Below are positions 9,816 through 18,744 of a stretch of DNA of 64,000 nt, one piece after another. The notes under the pieces were generated by a model. It saw only the letters and a list, made by a program, of their open reading frames with translations. It did no database searches and had not been told where the DNA came from. The position numbers and the translations under genes are program-made. The stretch comes from Thermodesulfobacteriota bacterium (GTDB lineage Bacteria > Desulfobacterota > Binatia > Bin18), in contig OZ219926.1 in the NCBI GenBank assembly GCA_964291405.2, positions 4,128,001-4,192,000 on the forward strand, given 5' to 3'. Every line of letters starts with the position of its first letter. Within the stretch, counting starts at the first letter, position 1.

Positions 9816-11024
9816 ATGACATGGTGGATAGTATTTCTGAGCGGTTTGCTCTGGGTGCAGTCAGCATGGGCGACGGCGGACATCTCTCCTGCTCTCTTGG
9901 GCATGTACCGTAAGACCATTGAGATCGAGCGTGAACTCTACATCCATGCCGCCCGCTACGGGGTAGACCATCGGCTCGCTCGGGCCGTGATGCTACAGGA
10001 ATCGGGCGGGAATGCGGAGTGGGTTTCCCCGGGCGGAGGTGTCGGGTATTTCCAAATGCCCCCCGGACTCGTCCGGTTACTTGGCAGTCCAACCCAGATT
10101 GAAGCCGGCATCAAATACTTGGCGCAGTTGCAAAACCAGTTCGCGCGTGAGGACTATGTACTGGCCGCCTATAAGCTTGGTCCCGATCGGGTACAAGAAG
10201 ACGAGCCCATCCACTTCAAGACGCTGCAATACGTGGTGAGCATTGGGTACTATAAATCCGTTTTGCAGGAATATGAGCCCGAAGTACGTCGCCGAGCAGA
10301 ACAGCTTGAGCTGAGAAAAGTTCAACCCGAGGAGTCATGGGAATCCGTCGCCCAGGCCCTTCGGCTCACGCCAACCATCCTGCGCTTGTACAATCCCATG
10401 CTAGCGAAGCGTTTTCTTCAAAGAGGCTCGACTGTTGTCTATCCTGTGGAGATACCTGCGGATCTGGTCGGTGTGGGGGAAAAGCCGGTGTATGTGGTCC
10501 GTATTGGAGACACGCCCGAGCTGCTGGCCAACGTCTTTCAGGTTGATTCGCAGACGTTTCGTCAGCAGCACCAGCTGTGGTATTTACATCCCCTTGCGGC
10601 CGGGAAAGAACTCTCCCTTCCAATATCCCCAGCGGCAGCGCCGGATAGACAGACGGTAGCGTCCCTGCCGACACCGCTGCCCTCTGCCGCGGGACGTGGC
10701 GTTGAAGAAAAGAAAAACGAGCAAGACCTCCGGCATACCGTGCGTCGCGGAGATTCCCTGGAGAGAATCGCTCGGCGTTACGGGACGACGGTGCGTGCTC
10801 TGAGGACGGCAAACAGTCTACGCGGGACCCAGATTAATATAGGCGCGGTCCTGCGGATTCCCACCGGCCGGACCGAGACGACGCTCTACCGGGTCCGTTG
10901 GGGGGATACCCTGGGGGAGATTGCTCTACGCTACAATACCACGATTGCGACCTTGGTCCGGCTCAACAACCTCCGCAATCACCACATTCAGGCGGGCAAG
11001 GTGCTCCGTATCCCCGCGTCATAA
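9816..11024 (+). CDS. Lytic transglycosylase with LysM repeats
   Basis: Signal peptide from ATG 9816, SLT catalytic QESGG, LAAY, C-terminal LysM domains (HTVRRGDSL..IARRY, YRVRWGDTL..IA). Confidence 0.9.
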   Translation: MTWWIVFLSGLLWVQSAWATADISPALLGMYRKTIEIERELYIHAARYGVDHRLARAVMLQESGGNAEWVSPGGGVGYFQMPPGLVRLLGSPTQIEAGIKYLAQLQNQFAREDYVLAAYKLGPDRVQEDEPIHFKTLQYVVSIGYYKSVLQEYEPEVRRRAEQLELRKVQPEESWESVAQALRLTPTILRLYNPMLAKRFLQRGSTVVYPVEIPADLVGVGEKPVYVVRIGDTPELLANVFQVDSQTFRQQHQLWYLHPLAAGKELSLPISPAAAPDRQTVASLPTPLPSAAGRGVEEKKNEQDLRHTVRRGDSLERIARRYGTTVRALRTANSLRGTQINIGAVLRIPTGRTETTLYRVRWGDTLGEIALRYNTTIATLVRLNNLRNHHIQAGKVLRIPAS

Positions 11025-11050
11025 AGGTAGGAGACATGGACGATCAGTTT

Positions 11051-12043
11051 TTACTCAGAGGTGTTAAGCCGTGCGGAGTAATCGTCCTCTATGGCTCTGA
11101 CCGCACGATAGGCAAACTCGGTATAGGGAACGGGAATGCCGAGGCGCTGACCTTCCTTGAAGACGTGTCCGACGGTCTCTTCAATCTCCGTTTTTTTCCC
11201 TGCCAGGACATCTTGGAGCATGGACGGAATAATCTGCGTCCGCCCGCTCTGTGCCACCCGTTGTCCCACCCGGACGAGCATCTGCACGGCCTCGTCGAAG
11301 GGAGCGTCCCGGAGCGTCTGCTGATTGAACAGGCTCCAGGCCGCATGGTCGGATAGGGGAATGCCGAGGGCATCCGCAACGGCCGCAACTTCTCGAAACA
11401 TATGGACTGAGAGGGTCGCCAGTTCCGGGCTCGACCAGACCAAATGGACCGGCAGGCGGGTCAGGGCAGCCAGCGGGGCAAAGGGGTTTTGGATGGCTTG
11501 TTTCGTCCATTCGATCGAGACGATATTCTCGACCGCGGCCGCCTTAAGCCCGGCGTCAACAAACGTCTGAGCAAGATGATCAACCCGCGTTGAGTGCGTG
11601 CCGTCCGGTTCGCCAAAGAACGTAATCCCGTCCAGGGTATAATGGGCCTCGCCATCGCGGACGAGGGTCGCGCCGATCATGGTGGTCGCGCCAACGACGC
11701 TGTCCGCGCCAAAAACGCGAGCCATCTGGGCGTTCTTCACTACGCCATTCTGAAGTGAGGCGACACTGTTGGTCCGCAGATGTTTGACGCTGGCCAAGGC
11801 GCGCGGCATGTCCTTGGTCTTCACGGTAATCAACAGGACATCGGCCGTGTCGAGGGCTGAAGCATCGGTGTATGCTGGCAGCCGGACCCGAAAGTCGGAC
11901 AGTCCGGTGAGGCGGAGACCGTTTTGCTGGACAGCCCGTGCGTGACCTGGCCGGGCAATCATGACGGCGTCTACCCCATGCCGGGCGAGATGCCCGGCGA
12001 CAACCGAACCCACACCACCGGCACCGAGAATCACAACCCGCAT
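11051..12043 (-). CDS. panE: Ketopantoate reductase family protein
   Basis: GAGGVG, SLQNG, W.K, SMLQD...GK.TEIE motifs; exact substrate unproven. Confidence 0.8.
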   Translation of the reverse strand: MRVVILGAGGVGSVVAGHLARHGVDAVMIARPGHARAVQQNGLRLTGLSDFRVRLPAYTDASALDTADVLLITVKTKDMPRALASVKHLRTNSVASLQNGVVKNAQMARVFGADSVVGATTMIGATLVRDGEAHYTLDGITFFGEPDGTHSTRVDHLAQTFVDAGLKAAAVENIVSIEWTKQAIQNPFAPLAALTRLPVHLVWSSPELATLSVHMFREVAAVADALGIPLSDHAAWSLFNQQTLRDAPFDEAVQMLVRVGQRVAQSGRTQIIPSMLQDVLAGKKTEIEETVGHVFKEGQRLGIPVPYTEFAYRAVRAIEDDYSARLNTSE

Positions 12044-12119
12044 ATCCGCCCTCCCTTACTTTTATTGGCACGGGATTATGGCGGGTCCGGCTCGATATTG
12101 TCAACGAAGGCGCTGATGT

Positions 12120-12716
12120 CTAGGGGTGCTCCGGGAATCGGACCCGATACACCCGCGACAGATGGATGAAATACCCCTCTCCCTGTTTCAACGCGGCCAG
12201 ATTTTCGGCCGCGACCTTTCTGCCGACGGTCTGACTGATCGCCTCAGCCTCAGTTCCTTCTCTGCGCAAGAGCAGCGTTGTTTCGTACCGCCCAAAAACG
12301 AGGCGGGATGGGTGTGGAAGGAATTCGACTACCACCATTCCGGTGCGTAAGAAGAAAGTCAGTGTGTGCTCCCAGTCGGCCGTCTCTTGGGCACCATCAA
12401 CGATGAGAAGGGGGGGCAGGGAAGGCGTCCTACCCAGACCGGTCTGCAGCGTCTGAAGCACCTGCTGAGCGATATCGTCCGAAATCGTCCCCTCTGTCGG
12501 TAGGGGAATATAGGCAGCGTCTTCACGCAGCAGGAGACGAAAGGGCATTTCGAGTTGCTGACGACCGTGGGCGTCCAGACACACCACCACGCCGTGTTGA
12601 CTCGCTTGACGCAGGGCGAGGCTCAGGCATAACTCGGTCCGGTCGCGCGGCTGCCCCCCCAGCACGGCTAGACGGCCGCTGAGGTCGGGCAGCGGAAAGA
12701 GACGCTCCTGGGCCAT
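12120..12716 (-). CDS. Hypothetical protein, degenerate P-loop NTPase-like
   Basis: Likely start MAQERLF at 12716; LLIVDGAQ Walker-B-like, L..LKQGEG tail, no intact Walker A. Confidence 0.5.
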   Translation of the reverse strand: MAQERLFPLPDLSGRLAVLGGQPRDRTELCLSLALRQASQHGVVVCLDAHGRQQLEMPFRLLLREDAAYIPLPTEGTISDDIAQQVLQTLQTGLGRTPSLPPLLIVDGAQETADWEHTLTFFLRTGMVVVEFLPHPSRLVFGRYETTLLLRREGTEAEAISQTVGRKVAAENLAALKQGEGYFIHLSRVYRVRFPEHP

Positions 12717-12819
12717 GGAGCGAAGAGCATAGCGTCTCTCCCGCTGCGGGGAAAGCTGACCAACTCCCGGTCGCGCGCTATCTCCTCCCCTACTCAGGCC
12801 GTGCCGAACCGCGTATAAG

Positions 12820-13281
12820 GTGGGCATGGCAATGGCGCGCTCGTACAAAGGCGTTTTCCTGGTGATAGGACTCCTGACCATAGGTGTGGTGGCGGTGACG
12901 ATTACCTATCGCCATCGCCCCCTACCCAAAGAGACAGTGCAGAGTGTCCTGCAAGCCCGCGGGATGCCTGCGGCAAAACGGGGAATGCGACTTTCCCAAG
13001 CCGGTCGCCAGCTTTTACCACCCGACGAGCGGGCCGAAATGGACGCGATCTATGCCGAGGCCCTCCGGTCGTTACCCGAGCAGGAGCGACTGAAACTGGA
13101 GGAGCTGAGAAAGCATGGCGCCCAGCCCAGCGGACGGGAGGTGACGGAGATGGGCCGGTTGGTCCAAAAGGCGCTTCGGGCGTTGCCACCGGAAAAAAAT
13201 CAACGCCTGTTTGCTTTGGTCGAAAAGGCGGTTGCCCTCCAGCTTGCCAAACAACAACAAGCCGCTCCCCAGCCGAAGTAA
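12820..13281 (+). CDS. Hypothetical membrane-anchored helical protein
   Basis: N-terminal TM segment, helical repeats, co-oriented with the next two genes. Confidence 0.6.
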   Translation: MGMAMARSYKGVFLVIGLLTIGVVAVTITYRHRPLPKETVQSVLQARGMPAAKRGMRLSQAGRQLLPPDERAEMDAIYAEALRSLPEQERLKLEELRKHGAQPSGREVTEMGRLVQKALRALPPEKNQRLFALVEKAVALQLAKQQQAAPQPK

Positions 13282-13285
13282 TGGT

Positions 13286-13774
13286 ATGCCGTTCTCAGCC
13301 CACCGTGCCGCCGTCCGCATACTGTGTCTGCTCGTCTGTCTGGTCTGGCCCACCCCGGTTGCCGGCATCCGATCCGACGCTACGACGCTGTTCGGGATCG
13401 AGGGTTTTCGGGTGGCTATTGTGACCATTAGCCCTCCGGCGCGCAGACTGGGATTTTCGGAAACGCAGCTCAACATGCTGGCTGCCACTCACCTACGCCG
13501 TAACGCGCTGACGGTCGGGGACTTTCCAGCCGTGCTGAATATCTCTCTCCGGGTCGTGGAACACCCGGCCTCGGTGTTGGCCTATTCGCTCGAACTGCAA
13601 GTACAACAAGTCGTCCATTTGAAACGAACGGAGCAGGTCCACTTAATGGCCCCAACCTGGACGGAAGGGACGCTGACCATGGTGCCGCGAGCAGGGCTGA
13701 GGCGCAGCGTTGAAAGTGCCCTGGCCGAACTCTTTGACTCGTTGGGTCGCGATTATCGCCTGGTCAACTCATGA
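13286..13774 (+). CDS. Hypothetical exported protein
   Basis: Signal-like N-terminus from ATG 13286; stop overlaps next ATG (ATGA). Confidence 0.6.
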   Translation: MPFSAHRAAVRILCLLVCLVWPTPVAGIRSDATTLFGIEGFRVAIVTISPPARRLGFSETQLNMLAATHLRRNALTVGDFPAVLNISLRVVEHPASVLAYSLELQVQQVVHLKRTEQVHLMAPTWTEGTLTMVPRAGLRRSVESALAELFDSLGRDYRLVNS

Positions 13775-14496
13775 AGCCTCTCGTCAACCCAAAAGATGGT
13801 AGTCTGCTCGTCCGCATCCCCGCGGGCGAATATTGCATGGGAAGCGAGAGCGGGACGCCGCCCGAACGTCCGGCCCACCGGGTCTCGCTGGGGAGTTTTT
13901 ATATTGCCCAACACCCGGTGACGAATGCCCAGTACCGGCAGTTTGTCATCGACACTGGCCATCGTGCACCCTATCTCGATGATGCCCGGGTGGAACGTGA
14001 GAATTGGGACCAGGAGCGCCACGCTCCGCCGGCGGGGCGAGAAGCCCATCCGGTGGTCTTGGTCAGCTGGCATGATGCCCAGGCCTACTGCGCCTGGGCC
14101 GAGGGCCGGCTGCCAACCGAGGCCGAATGGGAAAGCGCGGCCCGTGGCGGGTTAGAAGACAAGCCCTATCCGTGGGGAGATGGGATCAGTCGGGAGTTGG
14201 CAAATTATGATAATCGGGCCGGGACCACCCCGGTCGGGAGCTATCCGTCCAATCCCTATGGTCTGTATGACATGGCCGGTAACGTCTGGGAGTGGGTGGC
14301 CGACTGGTACGACCCGCAGTACTATACAGTCTCCCCGACCGAGGACCCGCAGGGCTCGGCGACCGGAACGGTTAAGGTGTTGCGCGGAGGAGCCTGGCTG
14401 CTCTTCCCCGAGTTTTGCCGGGTTGCCTACCGCTTCCGCAACAACCCCAATTTTCGCTTCAATCTGATTGGCTTTCGTCTGGCGAAATCGGCCTGA
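13771..14496 (+). CDS. FGE-sulfatase (SUMF1/EgtB/PvdO) domain protein
   Basis: F/YxMG, VTNAQY, PVV.VSW.DA.AYC.W, RLPTEAEWE.AARG, NPYGLYDMAGNVWEW, RGG, GFR. Confidence 0.93.
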   Translation: MKPLVNPKDGSLLVRIPAGEYCMGSESGTPPERPAHRVSLGSFYIAQHPVTNAQYRQFVIDTGHRAPYLDDARVERENWDQERHAPPAGREAHPVVLVSWHDAQAYCAWAEGRLPTEAEWESAARGGLEDKPYPWGDGISRELANYDNRAGTTPVGSYPSNPYGLYDMAGNVWEWVADWYDPQYYTVSPTEDPQGSATGTVKVLRGGAWLLFPEFCRVAYRFRNNPNFRFNLIGFRLAKSA

Positions 14497-15952
14497 GCAG
14501 ACCCTCTTGATACAACTGGGCCAGGACCTGACGGACCTGGGCAGGCGGGCTCTGCCGCCCGTCGGGATGCCGCTGATAGGCGGCCAGGATATCCACAACG
14601 GCACGCTGCGTCTGCACGCAGCGCAGCAGGGTCGGGACATTGACTCCGGACAGAAAGCGCAGGCCGCGTGGGTAACGTGGAGTCACAACCGCGGGCCGGA
14701 GCTCAACATACGAGCCTTCGATAACAGGCCGCTCCTGGATACGCAGGTCAGGCGTTACCATTACGTGTGAAACCGGCTGGGAATCAAATGGAGAAAAGGC
14801 CGTGGACGGCTGCTGCGGAGCGGCGGGACCCGCGTCGGGCTCAAGGCGCAGGCAACGGTGCTGCCAAAAGGGACGGTCCGGCCAGCGACCCTCTTCCGCG
14901 TAATAGCGGGCCGATTGTTGATAGTGGCTGCGATAGGTGTCTCGCTGACCGGCTTCGTACAGCTCGGCAGCCTGGGACTGCATGACGGGCCGCTGGAGTA
15001 TGGTGTTGACAACCACGGCGCCGGTAATGGCGGATGCCATGGCTTTCCGGACTCCCTCCGAGGACAAGGGATCAATGAACAGGCCGGCGTCACCGACGAG
15101 GAGGGTGCGGCCGGCGACAAACTGCCGCGCGGTATACAGGCTGGCATCAAAAACCTGAGGTGGGTGGGGAAGGTGCGCGTCAGCCAGAAAACCCGAGACA
15201 TAGGCCGCCTTGCGGAGCTCCTCGATATAAAAGCGCTGTAGTCCGACCCGCTTTATGGCGTGGCTGTGTCGCCAGTCAAGCAGCAGCGTGACATTCCGCT
15301 CGCCCGTGTGCAGCGGGACTGACCAGACCATGCCGTCCGCATAGGCTTCAAGCAGGGTGTTGGCGAAGTCTACGCCGGGTGGATTCCCCGCGTTTTGCCA
15401 ATAGCCCGTCAGGGCCAGGGTCTGGAAGACACTGTCCCGCTGGCGCAGGTTGTGGCGGGCGTATATGCCCGCGTGGCCGGTCGCATCAACACAGAATTCC
15501 GCCCGAATGCGCTCTCTCGAACCATAGCGGACGGTCACGCCGTGTTCCCCGTCAGGCCGGACGTCTCGCACCGGTTGTCCTTCCACAACCCGGACACCGG
15601 CCTGGCGAGCCTGATTGAGCAGAATCAGGTCAAAGTCGGCGCGCACAGACTGAAACCCGCGCCGGTGGTGATCCGAGCTGTAATACGCGGTACGCGGTCG
15701 AGGCGAGCCCCAACACACGCTGTGGCCAGACATCCGCAGAAAGCCGGCCTGTTCCACCTGCGTCCGGACACCCAGAAAGTCGAGCAGGGGGAGGATACTC
15801 GGGGTCAGGGACTCTCCAATCTGGTGCCGTGGAAAACGGCGCTTCTCAATAAGCACGACCCGATAGCCGAAGCCCGCGAGTTGGTGGGCGATAGTCGCTC
15901 CGGCCGGACCGCCGCCAGCAACTACGATGTCTGCTGCGGAAGGGAGTGTCAC
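14459..15952 (-). CDS. qhpG: FAD-dependent monooxygenase, QhpG-like (Trp hydroxylation for CTQ)
   Basis: GGGPAG, FPR..IGESL, DATG, GDA..F.DPLSS.G halogenase-like fold; adjacent to qhp genes. Confidence 0.8.
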   Translation of the reverse strand: MTLPSAADIVVAGGGPAGATIAHQLAGFGYRVVLIEKRRFPRHQIGESLTPSILPLLDFLGVRTQVEQAGFLRMSGHSVCWGSPRPRTAYYSSDHHRRGFQSVRADFDLILLNQARQAGVRVVEGQPVRDVRPDGEHGVTVRYGSRERIRAEFCVDATGHAGIYARHNLRQRDSVFQTLALTGYWQNAGNPPGVDFANTLLEAYADGMVWSVPLHTGERNVTLLLDWRHSHAIKRVGLQRFYIEELRKAAYVSGFLADAHLPHPPQVFDASLYTARQFVAGRTLLVGDAGLFIDPLSSEGVRKAMASAITGAVVVNTILQRPVMQSQAAELYEAGQRDTYRSHYQQSARYYAEEGRWPDRPFWQHRCLRLEPDAGPAAPQQPSTAFSPFDSQPVSHVMVTPDLRIQERPVIEGSYVELRPAVVTPRYPRGLRFLSGVNVPTLLRCVQTQRAVVDILAAYQRHPDGRQSPPAQVRQVLAQLYQEGLLRPISPDESQSD

Positions 15953-16099
15953 GTCAGACTGCCAATGGCGAATCGTAGAATTGTTGCTTGGAGCTTATGC
16001 CGTCGGATCAGGAAGAGCAACACGAGGGCCGTGTCTATTTCGTCTCCGGCCAAGCTGCTGTACAGTCGGCCTGGTATTCGTCCTCTCAGGACTGTCGCT

Positions 16100-17839
16100 A
16101 TGCATATTGCCTCGGTACTCTCCCGTTTCTATCGGCTGTCGCCCTTTGTGAAGCCGTATGTGCGCAGAATCGGTTTCATCTTCCTCCTGTCCTCCTTTGG
16201 CACCGTTCTCGGTCTGCTCTGGCCGTTGTTTACCAAAATCCTGATTGACGATGTTTTGCTCGCACGCAACATATCGCTCTTGGTGACGCTGTGCGGGATC
16301 ATGCTGGGTGTCACGCTGCTCGGTTATGGGGTAGGGGCGATCAATCGCTATCTCTACACCCAGGTTACGGCACGCGTTTTATTTGCGCTCAGACAGCACC
16401 TCTTCGCCCATTTGCAGAAGCTCTCTCTCCGCTTCCATACCCAGGTCAAAGTGGGCGATCTCCTGTCGCGCCTGAATACCGATATTGCCGAGATTCAGTC
16501 CGTCCTCACCGACGCGGCCTTCACCTTTGTCACCAATATCTTCGTCCTGCTGGCAACCGTGGGATTTCTCATCTGGCTCAACTGGCGGCTCTTTCTGGTC
16601 AGCCTGCTCGTTATCCCGCTCCAAATATATGGGGTACGCAAAATACAGCCGTATATGGTCGAGGAAACCCGCAAGGTGCGCGAGTTGAACGCCTCGATTT
16701 CCGCCTTTCTGGTTGAGTCCCTGTCGGCCATCAAATTCGTCAAGCAGTTTGGTGCGGAGCCTACCCAATTGGGGCGTTTGGGCCGACTGGGTCAACGCTT
16801 TGTTGCGCTGGTGACACGGTTTGAAATGATCGGCTATATCGGCAGCACGACCGCGACGGCTACGACGTTTCTGGGCAGTACCCTGGTCACCCTCTACGGG
16901 GGCTATCTGGTGATTGAGGGCCAGATGAGTATTGGCAGTCTGGTTGCCTTCGCCGCCTACCAGTCGCGCGCCTTCAGTCCTATCCAGGTTCTAATGGACC
17001 TGTACCTACGCATCGAGCGGGCTGGCGTGTCCGTGGACCGGGTGTTCGAGTTTCTGGATATCGGACAGGAATATACCGAGCCGTCCGGCGGGACCTTACG
17101 CCCCGAAGGGCTACACGGGGAGATCGAATTTCGTGACGTATCGTTCGGCTATCAGACCAACGCTCCGGCCAGTCAGCCGGTGTTGCGTCAGGTGAGTTTT
17201 CTGGTGGGGGCCGGGCAGCGCCTGACCGTTCTGGGACCGAGCGGAACGGGCAAGTCCACGCTCGTCGACCTCCTGATACGGCTGTATGAGCCCCAGGCCG
17301 GGACCATCTGCCTGGACGGTCATGACGTGAGGGAGTTGGACCTGGTATGGCTACGTCAACATGTGGTCGTCATCGGCCACGAGCCCTTTCTATTTCACGC
17401 CTCGATTCTGGAAAACGTGTCGTACGCCAGCCCGGAGGCAAGCCGCGAAGAGATCGTTGCGGCGGTCACAGCAGTTGGCCTGCACGAGTATGTGACCACG
17501 TTGCCTGACGGTTACGAGACCACTGTGGGCGAACGGGGCACGCGCCTGTCGGCCGGACAGCGTCAGCGCATTGCCCTGGCCCGCGCCCTGCTCAAAAAGC
17601 CCCGGATTCTGGTGCTGGACGAAGCCCTGTCCGGCCTTGATGTCGAAAGCGAAGCCGACCTCCGTCAGACCTTGTCTGCGGTGATGCGAGGCTGCACGAC
17701 ACTCGTGGTGACCCATCGGTTGAGCTCTCTCCACGCCGACGATGCGGTTGTCGTGCTTAAGCACGGCGCGGTCGAGTGGCAGGGAACTTACCGGGAACTG
17801 ATCCGAGCGCCTGACATCTTACAGGCCGCCACCGGGTAG
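16100..17839 (+). CDS. qhpF: ABC exporter (TMD+NBD), QhpF-like
   Basis: TM domain, GPSGTGKST, LSAGQRQR, LDEA; likely start ATG 16100; qhp context. Confidence 0.82.
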   Translation: MHIASVLSRFYRLSPFVKPYVRRIGFIFLLSSFGTVLGLLWPLFTKILIDDVLLARNISLLVTLCGIMLGVTLLGYGVGAINRYLYTQVTARVLFALRQHLFAHLQKLSLRFHTQVKVGDLLSRLNTDIAEIQSVLTDAAFTFVTNIFVLLATVGFLIWLNWRLFLVSLLVIPLQIYGVRKIQPYMVEETRKVRELNASISAFLVESLSAIKFVKQFGAEPTQLGRLGRLGQRFVALVTRFEMIGYIGSTTATATTFLGSTLVTLYGGYLVIEGQMSIGSLVAFAAYQSRAFSPIQVLMDLYLRIERAGVSVDRVFEFLDIGQEYTEPSGGTLRPEGLHGEIEFRDVSFGYQTNAPASQPVLRQVSFLVGAGQRLTVLGPSGTGKSTLVDLLIRLYEPQAGTICLDGHDVRELDLVWLRQHVVVIGHEPFLFHASILENVSYASPEASREEIVAAVTAVGLHEYVTTLPDGYETTVGERGTRLSAGQRQRIALARALLKKPRILVLDEALSGLDVESEADLRQTLSAVMRGCTTLVVTHRLSSLHADDAVVVLKHGAVEWQGTYRELIRAPDILQAATG

Positions 17840-17861
17840 TGTTCGCACTTTTTCTCGCCTC

Positions 17862-18575
17862 TCACGTGTGACTCGTCTGTTGGAGATAGGTCCGGGCGGT
17901 TTCTGGCGTCAAGTCTGGGTGGCGCTCGGCCCGGAGGGCGAGCGTAGCGGCAATATGCGCTGAGGCAAAACTATGGCCGTAAAAGTTCTGCGTCTGGGCC
18001 GGGCCGGGCAGGGGGCGTGGATAGGGATGGGCACGAAAGGGAACCGGGCTGTCTGTGAGGGCGCGGTATTCGTCCCACGCGCAGCTTTCATCTGCGGCCA
18101 CGCCTATGACGCCGGGTAAGGTTGCGGGTAACACATCCGAGCGGTCCGGGGGAGAAGACGCAATCAGGATGAGCTTTGCTTCTTGTGCTTGGGCGACCAG
18201 GGCCGAGAGCGGCTGGCGATGCTGCGCGTTAATCATTCCCAGACTCAGACTGATGATTTTCATGCGCTGTCCAATGGCCCAGCCCAAGGCCGCTTCCAGA
18301 ACCGGAAATGAAGTGGCCAGATGGTCCGTAAAAATCTTAACCGCGTAGAGCTCGGCTTGGGGAGCTTTGGCACGGACCACCCCGGCGAGGGCGGTCCCGT
18401 GCCCGATGTGATCGGGGTACTCCGGGCTGGTCTGGACCTCGTTCTCCTCGTTCAAGAAAAAATGGATGCCGCCCGCGACGCTGCCAACATGCGAATGCTG
18501 GGCATTCACCCCGCTGTCGATAAGCGCGACTTTAACCCCCGCCCCGGTCGGCGCCCCGTCCCTGTCCTGACCCAT
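17862..18575 (-). CDS. qhpE: Subtilisin-like leader peptidase QhpE
   Basis: Small S8 protease with IDSG, HGT, GHSFAS triad; divergent from qhpA. Confidence 0.88.
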   Translation of the reverse strand: MGQDRDGAPTGAGVKVALIDSGVNAQHSHVGSVAGGIHFFLNEENEVQTSPEYPDHIGHGTALAGVVRAKAPQAELYAVKIFTDHLATSFPVLEAALGWAIGQRMKIISLSLGMINAQHRQPLSALVAQAQEAKLILIASSPPDRSDVLPATLPGVIGVAADESCAWDEYRALTDSPVPFRAHPYPRPLPGPAQTQNFYGHSFASAHIAATLALRAERHPDLTPETARTYLQQTSHT

Positions 18576-18660
18576 GCCTTGTCCCTTGTAAGCAAAGCAT
18601 ACCAAATATGCCCGTTTATGCGAGGGAGAAAATGGTATCTACAACTCCGGTTCTTTCCAT

Positions 18661-18688
18661 TTGACTCTCACTCAGAGAGGTATAGAAT
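18661..18688 (+). promoter_or_regulatory. Putative sigma70 promoter of qhpA1 operon
   Basis: TTGACT-16 nt-TAGAAT; overlapping CTCTC-N5-GAGAG inverted repeat. Confidence 0.45.
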
Positions 18689-18744
18689 CCGGCTACTGCG
18701 TCAGAGATGGAGACCAGTGTTTCAGCCTGGAGGAGAGGACAGGT

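Noticed and set aside
13771-14496. True formylglycine-generating enzyme
   Set aside because: Only one Cys in the C-terminal catalytic segment and no sulfatase nearby
15395-16099. N-terminal 235-aa extension of the ABC transporter ORF
   Set aside because: It is the antisense shadow of qhpG; the transporter domain begins near ATG 16100
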